This document shows, in pieces, positions 1-9,086 of a stretch of DNA of 64,000 nt (positions are counted from its first letter, which is position 1; every line of letters starts with the position of its first letter). The position numbers and the translations under genes are program-made. The notes under the pieces were generated by a model that was given only the letters and a program-made list of their open reading frames with translations, was not told where the DNA came from and ran no database searches. This stretch comes from an uncultured Ruminiclostridium sp. (GTDB lineage Bacteria > Bacillota > Clostridia > Oscillospirales > Ruminococcaceae), in assembly GCA_964489095.1 (NCBI GenBank), contig CAZAXM010000005.1, positions 1,347-65,346 on the forward strand, in the 5' to 3' direction.

Positions 1-1096
1 CATCAAGCAGCTTAACACGTTCTCCGTCCTTTGCGTTATACACCTTTCTGTCGTTGTCGTAGCGCGAGAGCCGGATATTCTGCTCGATTATGTAATCCTT
101 TATTTCAGCGGGAATTTCCTGTAAAATCTCCGCGGACGGACGCGCAACGTAGAAGCCCTGAATCAGATCAACGCCAAGTTCAAGCAGCTTTTTCAGTTCT
201 TCCTTTGTTTCAACGCCTTCCGCAAGCACCTTTATATCATATTTTGAAGCGAACTTGATAATATTCGATACAAGGAGCTGCTTTTTCATATCGCTGTCAA
301 TTGATGAAATAAGCGTAATATCAATTTTTATATAATTCGGATTGTTATTTATCAGCTTTGACTCATTTGAATATCCGCTTCCGTAATCGTCAATTGCTAT
401 CTGACACCCGAAAAGTTCCCGGATCTGCTCAAAAGCACAGCAACTCTCGTCTGTATCATCATCGTCCTCCAGGATTTCAACGACTGCATACTTAGTAATA
501 TCACCGTAGAGCTTCGTCAGCATATTTAAATCCTTCTGGGAAAGGGTAATGCTCGGAATACTGTTTATGAACAGTTTTCTCTCGCAGAACTGGTCTTTAT
601 GCTCGTGATAAAAACGGAGCGAGTTAAAAAACGTATAAAACTCGATACTATAAAGCTGCTGGCTCATTTCTGCGTATTTTAAAATGTCACGCGGAAAAAG
701 TCCGATTTCGGACGAGCTTCTCATCAAAGCCTCGTAAGCGAAAATATCGCCGTTTTTTGCGTTAATTATGGGCTGGAAATTATAGATAAAGGAATTATTT
801 CCGACAAGCTTATTAAACTTACCGAACTTTTCTACCTCGACGTCTTTTTTTTGGTAAATACTTCGTATACCCTCGTTACAGAGCTGGAGATAGGTCTGTA
901 TTTCAAGTATCATAACGACAGCGACGATAATAAGCGCAATAAGGCTTAAAACCGTGTACATGGTGTCGCTGATCAGACTCGGAATAACGCGGCTTACGAT
1001 AATCGTTCCCGCGATAAGGAGGATCGCTACTGCGAGTAGCACACACTTTATTCCGAAATATTCAAGATTCCGTCTGTCTGTATTTCCTTTTTTCAT
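1..1096 (-). CDS. Membrane-anchored EAL-domain c-di-GMP phosphodiesterase (5' part; gene runs off the left edge)
   Basis: The ORF is open at the window edge, so it is absent from the ORF track. Reverse translation from ATG 1096-1094 gives MKKGNTDRRNLEYFGIK..., then two hydrophobic helices. EAL signatures follow: FAYEALMRS, IAIDDYGSGYSN, LAEGVETKEE and IQGFYVARP. Confidence 0.85.
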   Translation of the reverse strand, partial: MKKGNTDRRNLEYFGIKCVLLAVAILLIAGTIIVSRVIPSLISDTMYTVLSLIALIIVAVVMILEIQTYLQLCNEGIRSIYQKKDVEVEKFGKFNKLVGNNSFIYNFQPIINAKNGDIFAYEALMRSSSEIGLFPRDILKYAEMSQQLYSIEFYTFFNSLRFYHEHKDQFCERKLFINSIPSITLSQKDLNMLTKLYGDITKYAVVEILEDDDDTDESCCAFEQIRELFGCQIAIDDYGSGYSNESKLINNNPNYIKIDITLISSIDSDMKKQLLVSNIIKFASKYDIKVLAEGVETKEELKKLLELGVDLIQGFYVARPSAEILQEIPAEIKDYIIEQNIRLSRYDNDRKVYNAKDGERVKLLD

Positions 1097-1131
1097 TAAA
1101 TGCACTCCTATGCCCTATAATTTACCATTCT

Positions 1132-1161
1132 TAGTATATATCATATTTCGCCGCTTGTCAA
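1132..1161 (-). promoter_or_regulatory. Sigma-A type promoter upstream of the EAL gene
   Basis: On the minus strand, TTGACA (1161-1156) and TATACT (1137-1132) are separated by 18 nt. The pair lies about 35 nt upstream of the ATG. Confidence 0.45.
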
Positions 1162-1381
1162 TAGGAAAAATCACTATCGCGGAACATTCTAATGAAAATA
1201 TATACAAATGCATACCGAATATTTGTTAAAAATGACACATTTCTCGTGCAGTTTAGTTTACAATTACGCCCTTTTTCCGGCTTTTTAAGGATATGTAACC
1301 CTGATGTTTCCAAAAATTTCACCGCTGAACCCGGCTAAATACTGGAGCCTCCGCGCCGTATAAGTGGCAGAATATACCAAA

Positions 1382-1413
1382 CGGGCTGCTGCAGCAAATA
1401 CTACAACAGCCCG
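1382..1413 (-). terminator. Hairpin terminator downstream of the DUF1540-like ORF
   Basis: CGGGCTGCTG pairs with CAACAGCCCG (9 of 10 bp). On the minus strand the hairpin is followed by GTTTGGTAT, so the U-tract is weak. Confidence 0.4.
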
Positions 1414-1423
1414 CCCGAACAAT

Positions 1424-1591
1424 TTACTTCATCTTAAAAGAAAGGCAGTCGGTACACTGCTTCTTAGTAGGGTCGCATTCGTGCGTTCCGACCTTGATTT
1501 TATCAAGGCTGCAATAATCGCAGTCACAGCAGTGGTACGCGCAGTTCGCAATTGAACATTCAATACTCATATTTGCTCTTTCAGTGCTCAT
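1424..1591 (-). CDS. Small Cys-rich protein, DUF1540-like
   Basis: This 55-aa ORF is below the track cutoff. It reads MSTERANMSIECSIANCAYHCCDCDYCSLDKIKVGTHECDPTKKQCTDCLSFKMK. GAAAGGA lies 7 nt upstream of the ATG. The Cys spacing resembles Firmicute DUF1540 proteins, from memory. Confidence 0.55.
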   Translation of the reverse strand: MSTERANMSIECSIANCAYHCCDCDYCSLDKIKVGTHECDPTKKQCTDCLSFKMK

Positions 1592-1656
1592 AATATCATT
1601 AGTCCTTTCAGATTTTTTAAGGCGTTGCCTTATAACATATTATCTGCACCGAACCG

Positions 1657-2304
1657 TCAATTATTCAGAATATTTTTAACATTCTCTGCCTTTTCGACGA
1701 TATATTCCGCACCTGCCGTCTTAAACTCTTCCCTGCTTCCATATCCGCAGAGAAGCCCGCAGCACGCGATCCCGTTTTCCTTTGCTCCAAGCACATCGTT
1801 ATCCCTGTCGCCAACCATCAGCACCTCAGACTTGTCGGGATTTCCGAGATTTTCCAGAACATACCCGATAACCTGCGATTTCTGACGTCTATCAGGCTCG
1901 TCGATTGCACCACCGATAAACGCAAATTTCTCCGTCAGCCCTGCATGCTCAAGCATAATTTTAGCTACTGTTTCAAGCTTTGCTGTCGCAACGGCAAGTA
2001 TACAGCCCATTCCGCGCAGTTCTTCAAGCACGCTTTTAATATCCTCAAAAAATCCGTACTCGTATATTCCTAGCCGCCTGTAACGTTCGCGGAATACTTT
2101 TACAGCTTCTGCCGCGTTATTCTCGTCCATTCCCGCCAGCTTCTGAAACGACTCGATAAGCGGCGGACCTAAATATCGCCGCATTTCCGATTCATTCGGA
2201 ACCGGCAGACCAAAACGCTCCATTGTATGCACAACAGACCGCGACACCCCTTCGTATGTATCAAGAAGCGTTCCGTCCAAATCAAACAAGATGTATTTAT
2301 ACAT
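1657..2304 (-). CDS. HAD-superfamily phosphatase (phosphoglycolate phosphatase-like)
   Basis: The protein has the motif I sequence FDLDGTLLDT and a later VGDRDNDV motif. I chose the start at MYKYILFDLDG (2304) because AAAGGA lies upstream. This start overlaps the udp stop by 8 nt. Confidence 0.85.
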   Translation of the reverse strand: MYKYILFDLDGTLLDTYEGVSRSVVHTMERFGLPVPNESEMRRYLGPPLIESFQKLAGMDENNAAEAVKVFRERYRRLGIYEYGFFEDIKSVLEELRGMGCILAVATAKLETVAKIMLEHAGLTEKFAFIGGAIDEPDRRQKSQVIGYVLENLGNPDKSEVLMVGDRDNDVLGAKENGIACCGLLCGYGSREEFKTAGAEYIVEKAENVKNILNN

Positions 2305-3085
2305 TTTTATCCTTTTCAATAAGTATTTTTATCGCGTCAACCGCACATCGGATAGCCCTTTCACTGCTTTCGCAAACAGGATCCGGCAATCCCGCCTTTG
2401 TTCGCTCTACATTCCAGAGTGCCGTCAGAACTGCCCCTGCACGAACTTTTCGCGCGATCGCCACCGAAAAGAGCGTTGCCGCCTCCATCTCACTTGTAAG
2501 ACAGCCGCAGCGGACATACGATTCCCAGCGATTTACGAGATAATCCGCGACAGGCATTTTTTCAGGCTCGATTTCGCCGTAAAAACTATCCTTACTCTGA
2601 ATTACGCCAACGTGATAGCTGTTTCCAAGCTCGTCGGAGGAAAGTCTGCGCGCCGCTTCGACAAGTGCGCTCAGAACGTCAAAATCGGGGACAGCGGGAT
2701 AATCCTGCGGGATATACTCCTTGCTCGTTCCGTCGCCGCGTATCGCTCCGCTTGCAATTATAAGGTCGCCGCCGACTACCTTTATGTCAATGCCGCCGCT
2801 CGTTCCTATTCTGATAAAAGTGTGCGCACCGCAGCGTATCAGCTCCTCTACCGCAATTGCAGTGGACGGACCGCCTATGCCGGTTGAAACGCAGCTTACC
2901 TTTTCCCCGAGGAGAGTTCCTGTCCACGTCGTATACTCACGGTTTGAAGCGACAAAGTGCGCGTTGTCAAAATGTGCGGCGATTTTCTCCACGCGACCGG
3001 GGTCGCCCGGAAGAATGACGTACTTACCGACCTGCTCAGGTGTTACACGAAGATGAAACTGAATATCGTCCTGCAAAAGTGCCAT
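2297..3085 (-). CDS. udp: Uridine phosphorylase (PNP/UDP family 1)
   Basis: LPGDPGRVEKIAAHFDN, REYTTWTG, STGIGGPSTAIAVEEL, IRIGTSGG and EMEAATLF align closely with E. coli Udp as I remember it. The start is set at MALLQDD (3085), which is preceded by AAAGGAGG. Confidence 0.85.
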   Translation of the reverse strand: MALLQDDIQFHLRVTPEQVGKYVILPGDPGRVEKIAAHFDNAHFVASNREYTTWTGTLLGEKVSCVSTGIGGPSTAIAVEELIRCGAHTFIRIGTSGGIDIKVVGGDLIIASGAIRGDGTSKEYIPQDYPAVPDFDVLSALVEAARRLSSDELGNSYHVGVIQSKDSFYGEIEPEKMPVADYLVNRWESYVRCGCLTSEMEAATLFSVAIARKVRAGAVLTALWNVERTKAGLPDPVCESSERAIRCAVDAIKILIEKDKNV

Positions 3086-3107
3086 AATAATTCCTCCTTT
3101 TATTATG

Positions 3108-3593
3108 TCAGTTTTTTTTATTATTTTCATCTGTGCTGCCGAATATCGAGGGTGCGGCAGCTTCCTTTTCAGCGGCTTTATTTTCGAGCCGCGCTTTGAT
3201 TGCACCAAGATTTTCGAGAACGGCAATGATAATAACAATAATTGTTATCAGTACGCACGGCAGATAAAGTTCGGTCGGACCGACGCTTCCCTCTGTTGCC
3301 GCATAAAGCACAGCAAAACGCGCATACACGATAAGGATCCCCGCGAAGCCGAGAACGGAAAGTCCCGCCGCCGTTTTGTACAGCTTACACATCACAAGCG
3401 CGGCGGGAATAACGTATCCGATAACGGCTGTAATAAGCCAGACAACCATTACCCAGTCGCCCGCAAGACCTGCAGGCGCGATTTCGTCGCCTGTCGCCAG
3501 AATAAAGGCGGGAAAAAGTACGCCGCAGCCAAGCCCCCACACTGCCGTTAAAAGCATCATTATTATTTTAAGAATTATTTTTAAAATTTTCAT
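3108..3593 (-). CDS. Hypothetical multi-pass membrane protein
   Basis: This 161-aa ORF has four or five hydrophobic segments and a charged C-terminal tail. I recognise no family. Confidence 0.6.
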   Translation of the reverse strand: MKILKIILKIIMMLLTAVWGLGCGVLFPAFILATGDEIAPAGLAGDWVMVVWLITAVIGYVIPAALVMCKLYKTAAGLSVLGFAGILIVYARFAVLYAATEGSVGPTELYLPCVLITIIVIIIAVLENLGAIKARLENKAAEKEAAAPSIFGSTDENNKKN

Positions 3594-3792
3594 ATTTTCT
3601 CCTTAACATGAATAAAATGTATTGCAATACCATGCAAGGATTGTGCGCGGTATTGAGGCATTACCTTTACAATATTATAATAGCACATTTTTGTCCAAAA
3701 GGCAATATGCTGAATCAAAAACTTCCTCTCATATAAAAATGACGAGCGGCAAATATTAATAAAGCATTCAGCATTCAGGAGGAAGAAGTTCA

Positions 3793-4857
3793 ATGAAAAT
3801 GAAGTTGAAAGCGTTTCTTATTTCGGCACTTGCGCTTGCGGCATTCTCGGCGGGCACTGTAAGCGGGATAAGCGCGGACTGTTCCGCGCCCGCCGCATCA
3901 TCGGCTGTTTCGCAGGCACGGCTTGTTCCGTGCGGCACTCCGTTCGGCATAAAAATGCTTACTGACGGGGTTGTCGTAACGGATTTCGGATATGTAAACG
4001 GTTCGGTCAGCCAGACATCTCCCGCGGAGACTGCCGGCGTTAAAATAGGCGATATCATAACGGCTGTAAACGGGAAATGCGTTTACACAAGCGAGGAGCT
4101 TACCGCTGCTGTACAGGACAATCCCGAACTTTGCACGATCGAACTTACACGCTCGGGACGTAAAATTGAAATAAATACAGTCCCTGTTATTTCGGCGGAG
4201 GACGGCTCCTATAAAATCGGATTATGGACGCGCGACAGCTGTGCGGGCATAGGTACAATGACGTTTTACGACCCCAAAACGGGTGTTTTCGGCGGTTTAG
4301 GACACGCAGTAAGCGACATTTCGACGGGGCAGCAGCTTCCGCTTCTCAAAGGAGAAATAACAGCGGTCACGATAACGAATGTTCTGAAAGGCAGCAGCGG
4401 AAAACCCGGAGAGCTTTGCGGAGCATTCGTTTCGGAAACTGAAACAGGCATAATTGAAATAAACAGTGAATATGGCGTTTTCGGACGCTCGACTGCCGCG
4501 CCTGTTCGGGGAGAGCCGCTTGAAGCGGCATACAGCGGTGAGATTCAAAAGGGAAAGGCTTCGATTTACACAACGATATCGGGAATGTCGCCGCAGGAAT
4601 ACGAAATTGAGATCGTTAAAATTGACAAGGGCAGCAGCTCGGCTGTACGGAATATGACGATACGCGTTACGGATAAGGAGCTGCTCAGCAAAACGGGCGG
4701 CATTGTCCAGGGAATGAGCGGCTCGCCGATTATTCAGAACGGAAAGCTTATCGGTGCGGTAACTCACGTTCTCGTAAACGATTCGACAATGGGGTACGGA
4801 GTCTTTATCGAGAATATGCTTGGGGCGGCTTATATCGAAGAAGCCGCAGCGTCGTGA
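3793..4857 (+). CDS. spoIVB: Stage IV sporulation protein B (SpoIVB, S55 signalling peptidase with PDZ domain)
   Basis: It has a signal/anchor sequence and a PDZ-like segment (SPAETAGVKIGDIITAVNG). GLGHAV and GMSGSPIIQNGKLIGAVTHV are the S55 catalytic motifs. AGGAGG precedes the ATG. Confidence 0.9.
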   Translation: MKMKLKAFLISALALAAFSAGTVSGISADCSAPAASSAVSQARLVPCGTPFGIKMLTDGVVVTDFGYVNGSVSQTSPAETAGVKIGDIITAVNGKCVYTSEELTAAVQDNPELCTIELTRSGRKIEINTVPVISAEDGSYKIGLWTRDSCAGIGTMTFYDPKTGVFGGLGHAVSDISTGQQLPLLKGEITAVTITNVLKGSSGKPGELCGAFVSETETGIIEINSEYGVFGRSTAAPVRGEPLEAAYSGEIQKGKASIYTTISGMSPQEYEIEIVKIDKGSSSAVRNMTIRVTDKELLSKTGGIVQGMSGSPIIQNGKLIGAVTHVLVNDSTMGYGVFIENMLGAAYIEEAAAS

Positions 4858-4879
4858 TAAAAATAACGGAAATGTAAAA

Positions 4880-4915
4880 AAGAGGTTGTTACAGCGAATG
4901 CTGCAGCAGCCTCTT
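4880..4915. terminator. Bidirectional hairpin between the convergent spoIVB and tgt genes
   Basis: AAGAGGTTGTTACAGC and GCTGCAGCAGCCTCTT form a roughly 16-bp stem with two G-U pairs and one mismatch. T-runs flank it on both strands. Confidence 0.55.
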
Positions 4916-4927
4916 TGGTATATAGCC

Positions 4928-6070
4928 TTAAATTCTCTGTTCGAGAAGCGGCGAATAGTACGCCCTGAACTGCGCGAACTCGCCCTTATCCAGCGCGTCG
5001 CGTATCTTCTCCATAAGAGTGTTGTAAAAATACAGGTTGTGCTGAACCGCAAGCCTTCCCGCAAGCTGCTCTCCCGCTTTGAAAAGGTGTCGTAAATAGC
5101 TACGCGAAAAATTGCGGCAGGTAGGACAGTCGCACTCCTCGTCAAGCGGCTTATCGTCAAGCGCATAACGCTCGTTGGTCATATGCGTAACGCCCTTCCA
5201 CGTGAACATCGTCGCGTGGCGCGCATTTCGGCTCGGCATAACACAGTCGAACATATCTATTCCGCGCGCTACACCCTCGATTATATTGGTGGGAGTTCCC
5301 ACGCCCATCAGATAACGCGGCTTATTTACAGGCGCATACGGCAGAACAACGTCAAGTATATGATACATAACATCGGTCGGTTCGCCCACCGCCAGACCGC
5401 CTATTGCATAACCGTCAAGATCAAGCGCCGCTATATCCTGCATATGCTTTATACGCAGGTCGTCAAAGGTCGCGCCCTGATTTATTGCGAAAAGCAGTTG
5501 CTTCGGATTTATCGTTTCGGGAAGCGAATTGAGCCGCTCCATTTCCTTTTTGCAGCGGATCAGCCAGCGTGTAGTCCGCTCAACCGAATGCTTCGCGTAA
5601 TCATATTTGGCGGGATTTTCCACGCATTCGTCAAACGCCATTGCAATCGTTGAACCGAGATGCGACTGGATCTGCATACTCTCTTCGGGACCCATAAAGA
5701 TACGGTGACCGTCAAGATGGCACTGGAACGTTACGCCCTCCTCCTTGATCTTGCGGAGTTTCGCGAGCGAAAACACCTGAAAACCGCCGCTGTCGGTAAG
5801 AATCGGCTTATCCCAGTTCATAAATTTATGCAGTCCGCCCATTTTATAAATCACGTCGTCGCCCGGACGAACGTGAAGGTGATAGGTGTTGCAAAGCTCC
5901 ACCTGACATTTCAGGTCTTTCAGATCAAGCGACGATATTCCGCCCTTTATCGCGCCGCAAGTGCCGACATTCATAAAAAACGGCGACTGAATAACGCCGT
6001 GAGGAGTTGTAAAAACACCGCGCCGTGCACGATCCTCGTTTTTTAAAATTTCAAAGCTGCTGTTTCCCAT
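4928..6070 (-). CDS. tgt: Queuine tRNA-ribosyltransferase (tRNA-guanine transglycosylase)
   Basis: ARRGVFTTPHGVIQSPFFMNVGT, LTDSGGFQVFSL and the zinc site CDCPTCRNFSRSYLRHL are present. The start at MGNSSFEIL (6070) has GAAAGGA upstream. Confidence 0.92.
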   Translation of the reverse strand: MGNSSFEILKNEDRARRGVFTTPHGVIQSPFFMNVGTCGAIKGGISSLDLKDLKCQVELCNTYHLHVRPGDDVIYKMGGLHKFMNWDKPILTDSGGFQVFSLAKLRKIKEEGVTFQCHLDGHRIFMGPEESMQIQSHLGSTIAMAFDECVENPAKYDYAKHSVERTTRWLIRCKKEMERLNSLPETINPKQLLFAINQGATFDDLRIKHMQDIAALDLDGYAIGGLAVGEPTDVMYHILDVVLPYAPVNKPRYLMGVGTPTNIIEGVARGIDMFDCVMPSRNARHATMFTWKGVTHMTNERYALDDKPLDEECDCPTCRNFSRSYLRHLFKAGEQLAGRLAVQHNLYFYNTLMEKIRDALDKGEFAQFRAYYSPLLEQRI

Positions 6071-6080
6071 AATAATCCTT

Positions 6081-7166
6081 TCATACACTATCCGATGGGA
6101 TTAATCCCACCTGTCCGTTTTCATAAATTCCAAATGCAAAATCACCGACATTTCCGTATTTCCAGAAGCTGCCGCCCTTTTTTACGCTTATAAAGCTGTT
6201 CAGATTAGACCAGCCGTGTAAAGCTCCGTCCCATGACCCTGTAAAATCCCGCGGGATAATTCCTGTTTTTCCGTTTGAAGCCAGCCGGACAGTCAGCATA
6301 TCGCCGTTTTCCTCAACAATTTCAAGCTGTTCATTTTCGCGGTCGCAGTAGAGAGTTTCATACGGGCTTTCGTATGACTTTTTTATTGTCATCTCTTCGC
6401 CCAGCGGAAGGAAAACTGTTTCGCAGCTGTATTCCGAACCATTTTTGTACATTATAAAAGCGTTGAGCTGCCCCGCCCACTTGACCTCGCAGCCGCCGTC
6501 TATCGAAATTATCCGCTTTTTTTCGTCAACTATCGGCAGGTTCGTATTGTTTGAAGCGGCGTAGTTATAGGTAGGCCAATATCCGACAACAACGTATTTT
6601 TCGGAGCAATGTGAACAGCGCGCAAACCACGGAATAGAGAGAACTGACCACATACCGCTGTTTTCCCAGTCGGGTCGGTTTTCAATTCCCGCGTGTACGA
6701 AAATATGATTATCCGTTTCAAGTGCAAGCGGCATCTGTTCCAGAAAATCAATCTCCTCGGCGAATGCTTCGGCTGTCCTGCGCCTTTTTTCTTCAAAATC
6801 GTCGGTAAAATCCGTTATCCCAAGCATTGCCGCCATTTCACAAAATGTGTTATGCGGTCGATACTTGATTTTATTCATAAACTCTTCTTTAGTATCGGTA
6901 TACGCCATATACCCGCACATCGTGTCGTTATTGCCCTTAATAAAAATCACACGGTCGCTCTGTGCCGAGAGCTTCTGAGCAAGGTGAATCATATCAACGC
7001 ACCATCTTCCCTTTTCAACAAGGTCGCCCAGAACGAAAAGATAATCCTCGCCGGCTTTATAACCGCATTTTTTCAGCAGCTCCGACAATTCGCCGCACCG
7101 TCCGTGCACGTCGCTTATGCAGATTATACGGCATCTTTCATCAAGCTCGGTTTTTACTATGTTCAT
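6081..7166 (-). CDS. PPP/ApaH-like metallophosphoesterase homologue with C-terminal SH3-like domain (catalytic motifs partly substituted)
   Basis: ISDVHG and LGDLVEKG are intact. Motif III reads GNND rather than GNH(D/E). The GHTP-type motif reads GYWP. IDGGCE is retained. The C-terminal ~80 aa look like a bacterial SH3 domain. Confidence 0.75.
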   Translation of the reverse strand: MNIVKTELDERCRIICISDVHGRCGELSELLKKCGYKAGEDYLFVLGDLVEKGRWCVDMIHLAQKLSAQSDRVIFIKGNNDTMCGYMAYTDTKEEFMNKIKYRPHNTFCEMAAMLGITDFTDDFEEKRRRTAEAFAEEIDFLEQMPLALETDNHIFVHAGIENRPDWENSGMWSVLSIPWFARCSHCSEKYVVVGYWPTYNYAASNNTNLPIVDEKKRIISIDGGCEVKWAGQLNAFIMYKNGSEYSCETVFLPLGEEMTIKKSYESPYETLYCDRENEQLEIVEENGDMLTVRLASNGKTGIIPRDFTGSWDGALHGWSNLNSFISVKKGGSFWKYGNVGDFAFGIYENGQVGLIPSDSV

Positions 7167-7299
7167 CTCGTTTCGCCCTTCTTTTCGCTGACTTTATTAT
7201 TATACACTATTTTCACGAATATTGCAACCCCTTATCAGAAAAGTAAAAACGCGCCCCATTGGACGCGCTTTACTGTGGTTTATGAAACCGTATTTACGG

Positions 7300-8877
7300 T
7301 CAGGACATTTCGGAAGCCGCTTTTGCAAGTGAATCGCGATACGGTTCGAGATACGCTTCAACAAGGCTGTTATTCGTTTCAAGCACCTGTGTATAAGAAG
7401 AACCGTAATAGAGTGGGCCGTCGAAAATCGAATCTTCTACGCCTATGAGAATGTTCGAGAAATCGTTACTGAAACCAACCGCGTTATCGAAAACTAATCC
7501 GAACTTTTCGGGGTCTGTCATATCGTCAATAATGCGCATCTGATCCTCGCTGTAAACAGCCTTGAACTTTGTCTTTCGTGCTGTTCCGCATTCGGGGCAT
7601 ATTCCAAGGTCGTTCTGTTCATGCTCAACGAAATTGTACTTGCATTCGGGGCATTTAGGATAATAGTTCGGACCGTCGTACATCTTTTCAGCACGGGCAG
7701 CCGCTACTGTTTCGGGGTCAGTTTCATAAATTCTTCCGCAAAGTATCCAGTCAACACCGCCCTGAATGTTCTTCGAGCCGGACGGAACAAGGAAGCCGAA
7801 TGAATCGGAAGAAAGATAGTATTTATCAGCCTGTGGGTCGCGCGGGAAAGGAACTGCTACTATTTCTGCGTCGATCTGGTTATTATACATTCCCTGCTGC
7901 GCACTCTCGAAGCCCCAGGTAAGTCCCATTCCGAGGAAAAGCACCTTTCCGTCTACGAGCGCGGTTGACGGGTCAAGAAATCCGTCGCCGATAAAGCCGT
8001 CATGCTTCATTCCCGAAAGCCACTCCATAGTACGACGGACGTTCGTGGAAGAAAGATTGTTAATGATCTCGGTTCCTGTCATATCAATCGTCTTTGTTCC
8101 CGTAGTATTTGCGAACATCATTGACGACCACGAACCGCCTGTAAATCCAACGTAATCCTCGCCCATATTAGACCACTGCACAAGCATATCCTCAAAGGTA
8201 TCCCATGTCCAGTTACCCTCAAAGTAAAGTTCCATCGGGTCGGTCATTGCGTTTTCTTCGATAACGCGCCTGTTATAGATCATCGCGAAATTGGTCTGAA
8301 CATTGGACGGGTAATAGTAATGCTTGCCGAGGTAGTTGAACGATTCGATAACGCTTTTTTCCTCCGACCAGAGCGGCGAGTCCATATCAAGCCAGTCGTC
8401 AAGCGCTGTGAACATATTCTGCGAAACGCCGTGAGGATAAGCCATCCAGTCGTAACGGATAATATCTGGGGAATCGCCTGCCGCGATAAGAACTCCGAGT
8501 CGCTCGAAATACGCGCTTCCGCTCTGTGTGATTTCCGTTTCGATCACTCCGCCGTACCGCTGGGCAAGAAGCTCGGCAAGCTCAGGCTGGGTTGTTGCGA
8601 GGTCGTAATAGCAAAGCGCTTTTACAGTTCCCGCCGTCTGACCCGGAACATAAAGCTTTCCCGTTCCGACTTCATTTGAAGCGTCAACCGAATCAATACT
8701 CGCCATTTCGTTCCAGTCTGTTTCAATGTCAAGCTCGTTCACGAGTGTTGTCGCTGCACTCTGCTGGGCAGTTTCCGTAGATTCGGGTTCTCTTCCGCTC
8801 TGATTTCCGCACGCGCCAAGTCCGCATATTACTGCTAAAGCAAGTACGCCTGCCGCGATCCGTTGTGTACATTTCAT
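7300..8877 (-). CDS. Extracellular solute-binding lipoprotein (ABC family-1 sugar-type SBP), orphan
   Basis: It has a lipobox (LAVICGLGAC) and a 525-aa SBP-like body. No permease or ATPase genes are adjacent. A CPEC-x16-CPEC insertion is present (see findings). Confidence 0.75.
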   Translation of the reverse strand: MKCTQRIAAGVLALAVICGLGACGNQSGREPESTETAQQSAATTLVNELDIETDWNEMASIDSVDASNEVGTGKLYVPGQTAGTVKALCYYDLATTQPELAELLAQRYGGVIETEITQSGSAYFERLGVLIAAGDSPDIIRYDWMAYPHGVSQNMFTALDDWLDMDSPLWSEEKSVIESFNYLGKHYYYPSNVQTNFAMIYNRRVIEENAMTDPMELYFEGNWTWDTFEDMLVQWSNMGEDYVGFTGGSWSSMMFANTTGTKTIDMTGTEIINNLSSTNVRRTMEWLSGMKHDGFIGDGFLDPSTALVDGKVLFLGMGLTWGFESAQQGMYNNQIDAEIVAVPFPRDPQADKYYLSSDSFGFLVPSGSKNIQGGVDWILCGRIYETDPETVAAARAEKMYDGPNYYPKCPECKYNFVEHEQNDLGICPECGTARKTKFKAVYSEDQMRIIDDMTDPEKFGLVFDNAVGFSNDFSNILIGVEDSIFDGPLYYGSSYTQVLETNNSLVEAYLEPYRDSLAKAASEMS

Positions 8878-9011
8878 AAAATCATTCCTTTCGAGTAATA
8901 TGTTTTAGCATTTTTGTTGATTTTATTTTAGCATTTATTGAGCTGATATAATATGACATTTTTGACATTAAGCAGGATTATTTTGCCATTATCATACGAG
9001 CATAGAAACCA

Positions 9012-9045
9012 AACAAAAAATCGCCGTGCAGATACTGCACAGCGA
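9012..9045 (-). terminator. Rho-independent terminator after the HAD gene
   Basis: On the minus strand, CGCTGTGCAG-TAT-CTGCACGGCG is followed by ATTTTTTG. Confidence 0.7.
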
Positions 9046-9086
9046 CATCAAAAGCAATACCGCACGAAGATTATGTGAAGTATTGA

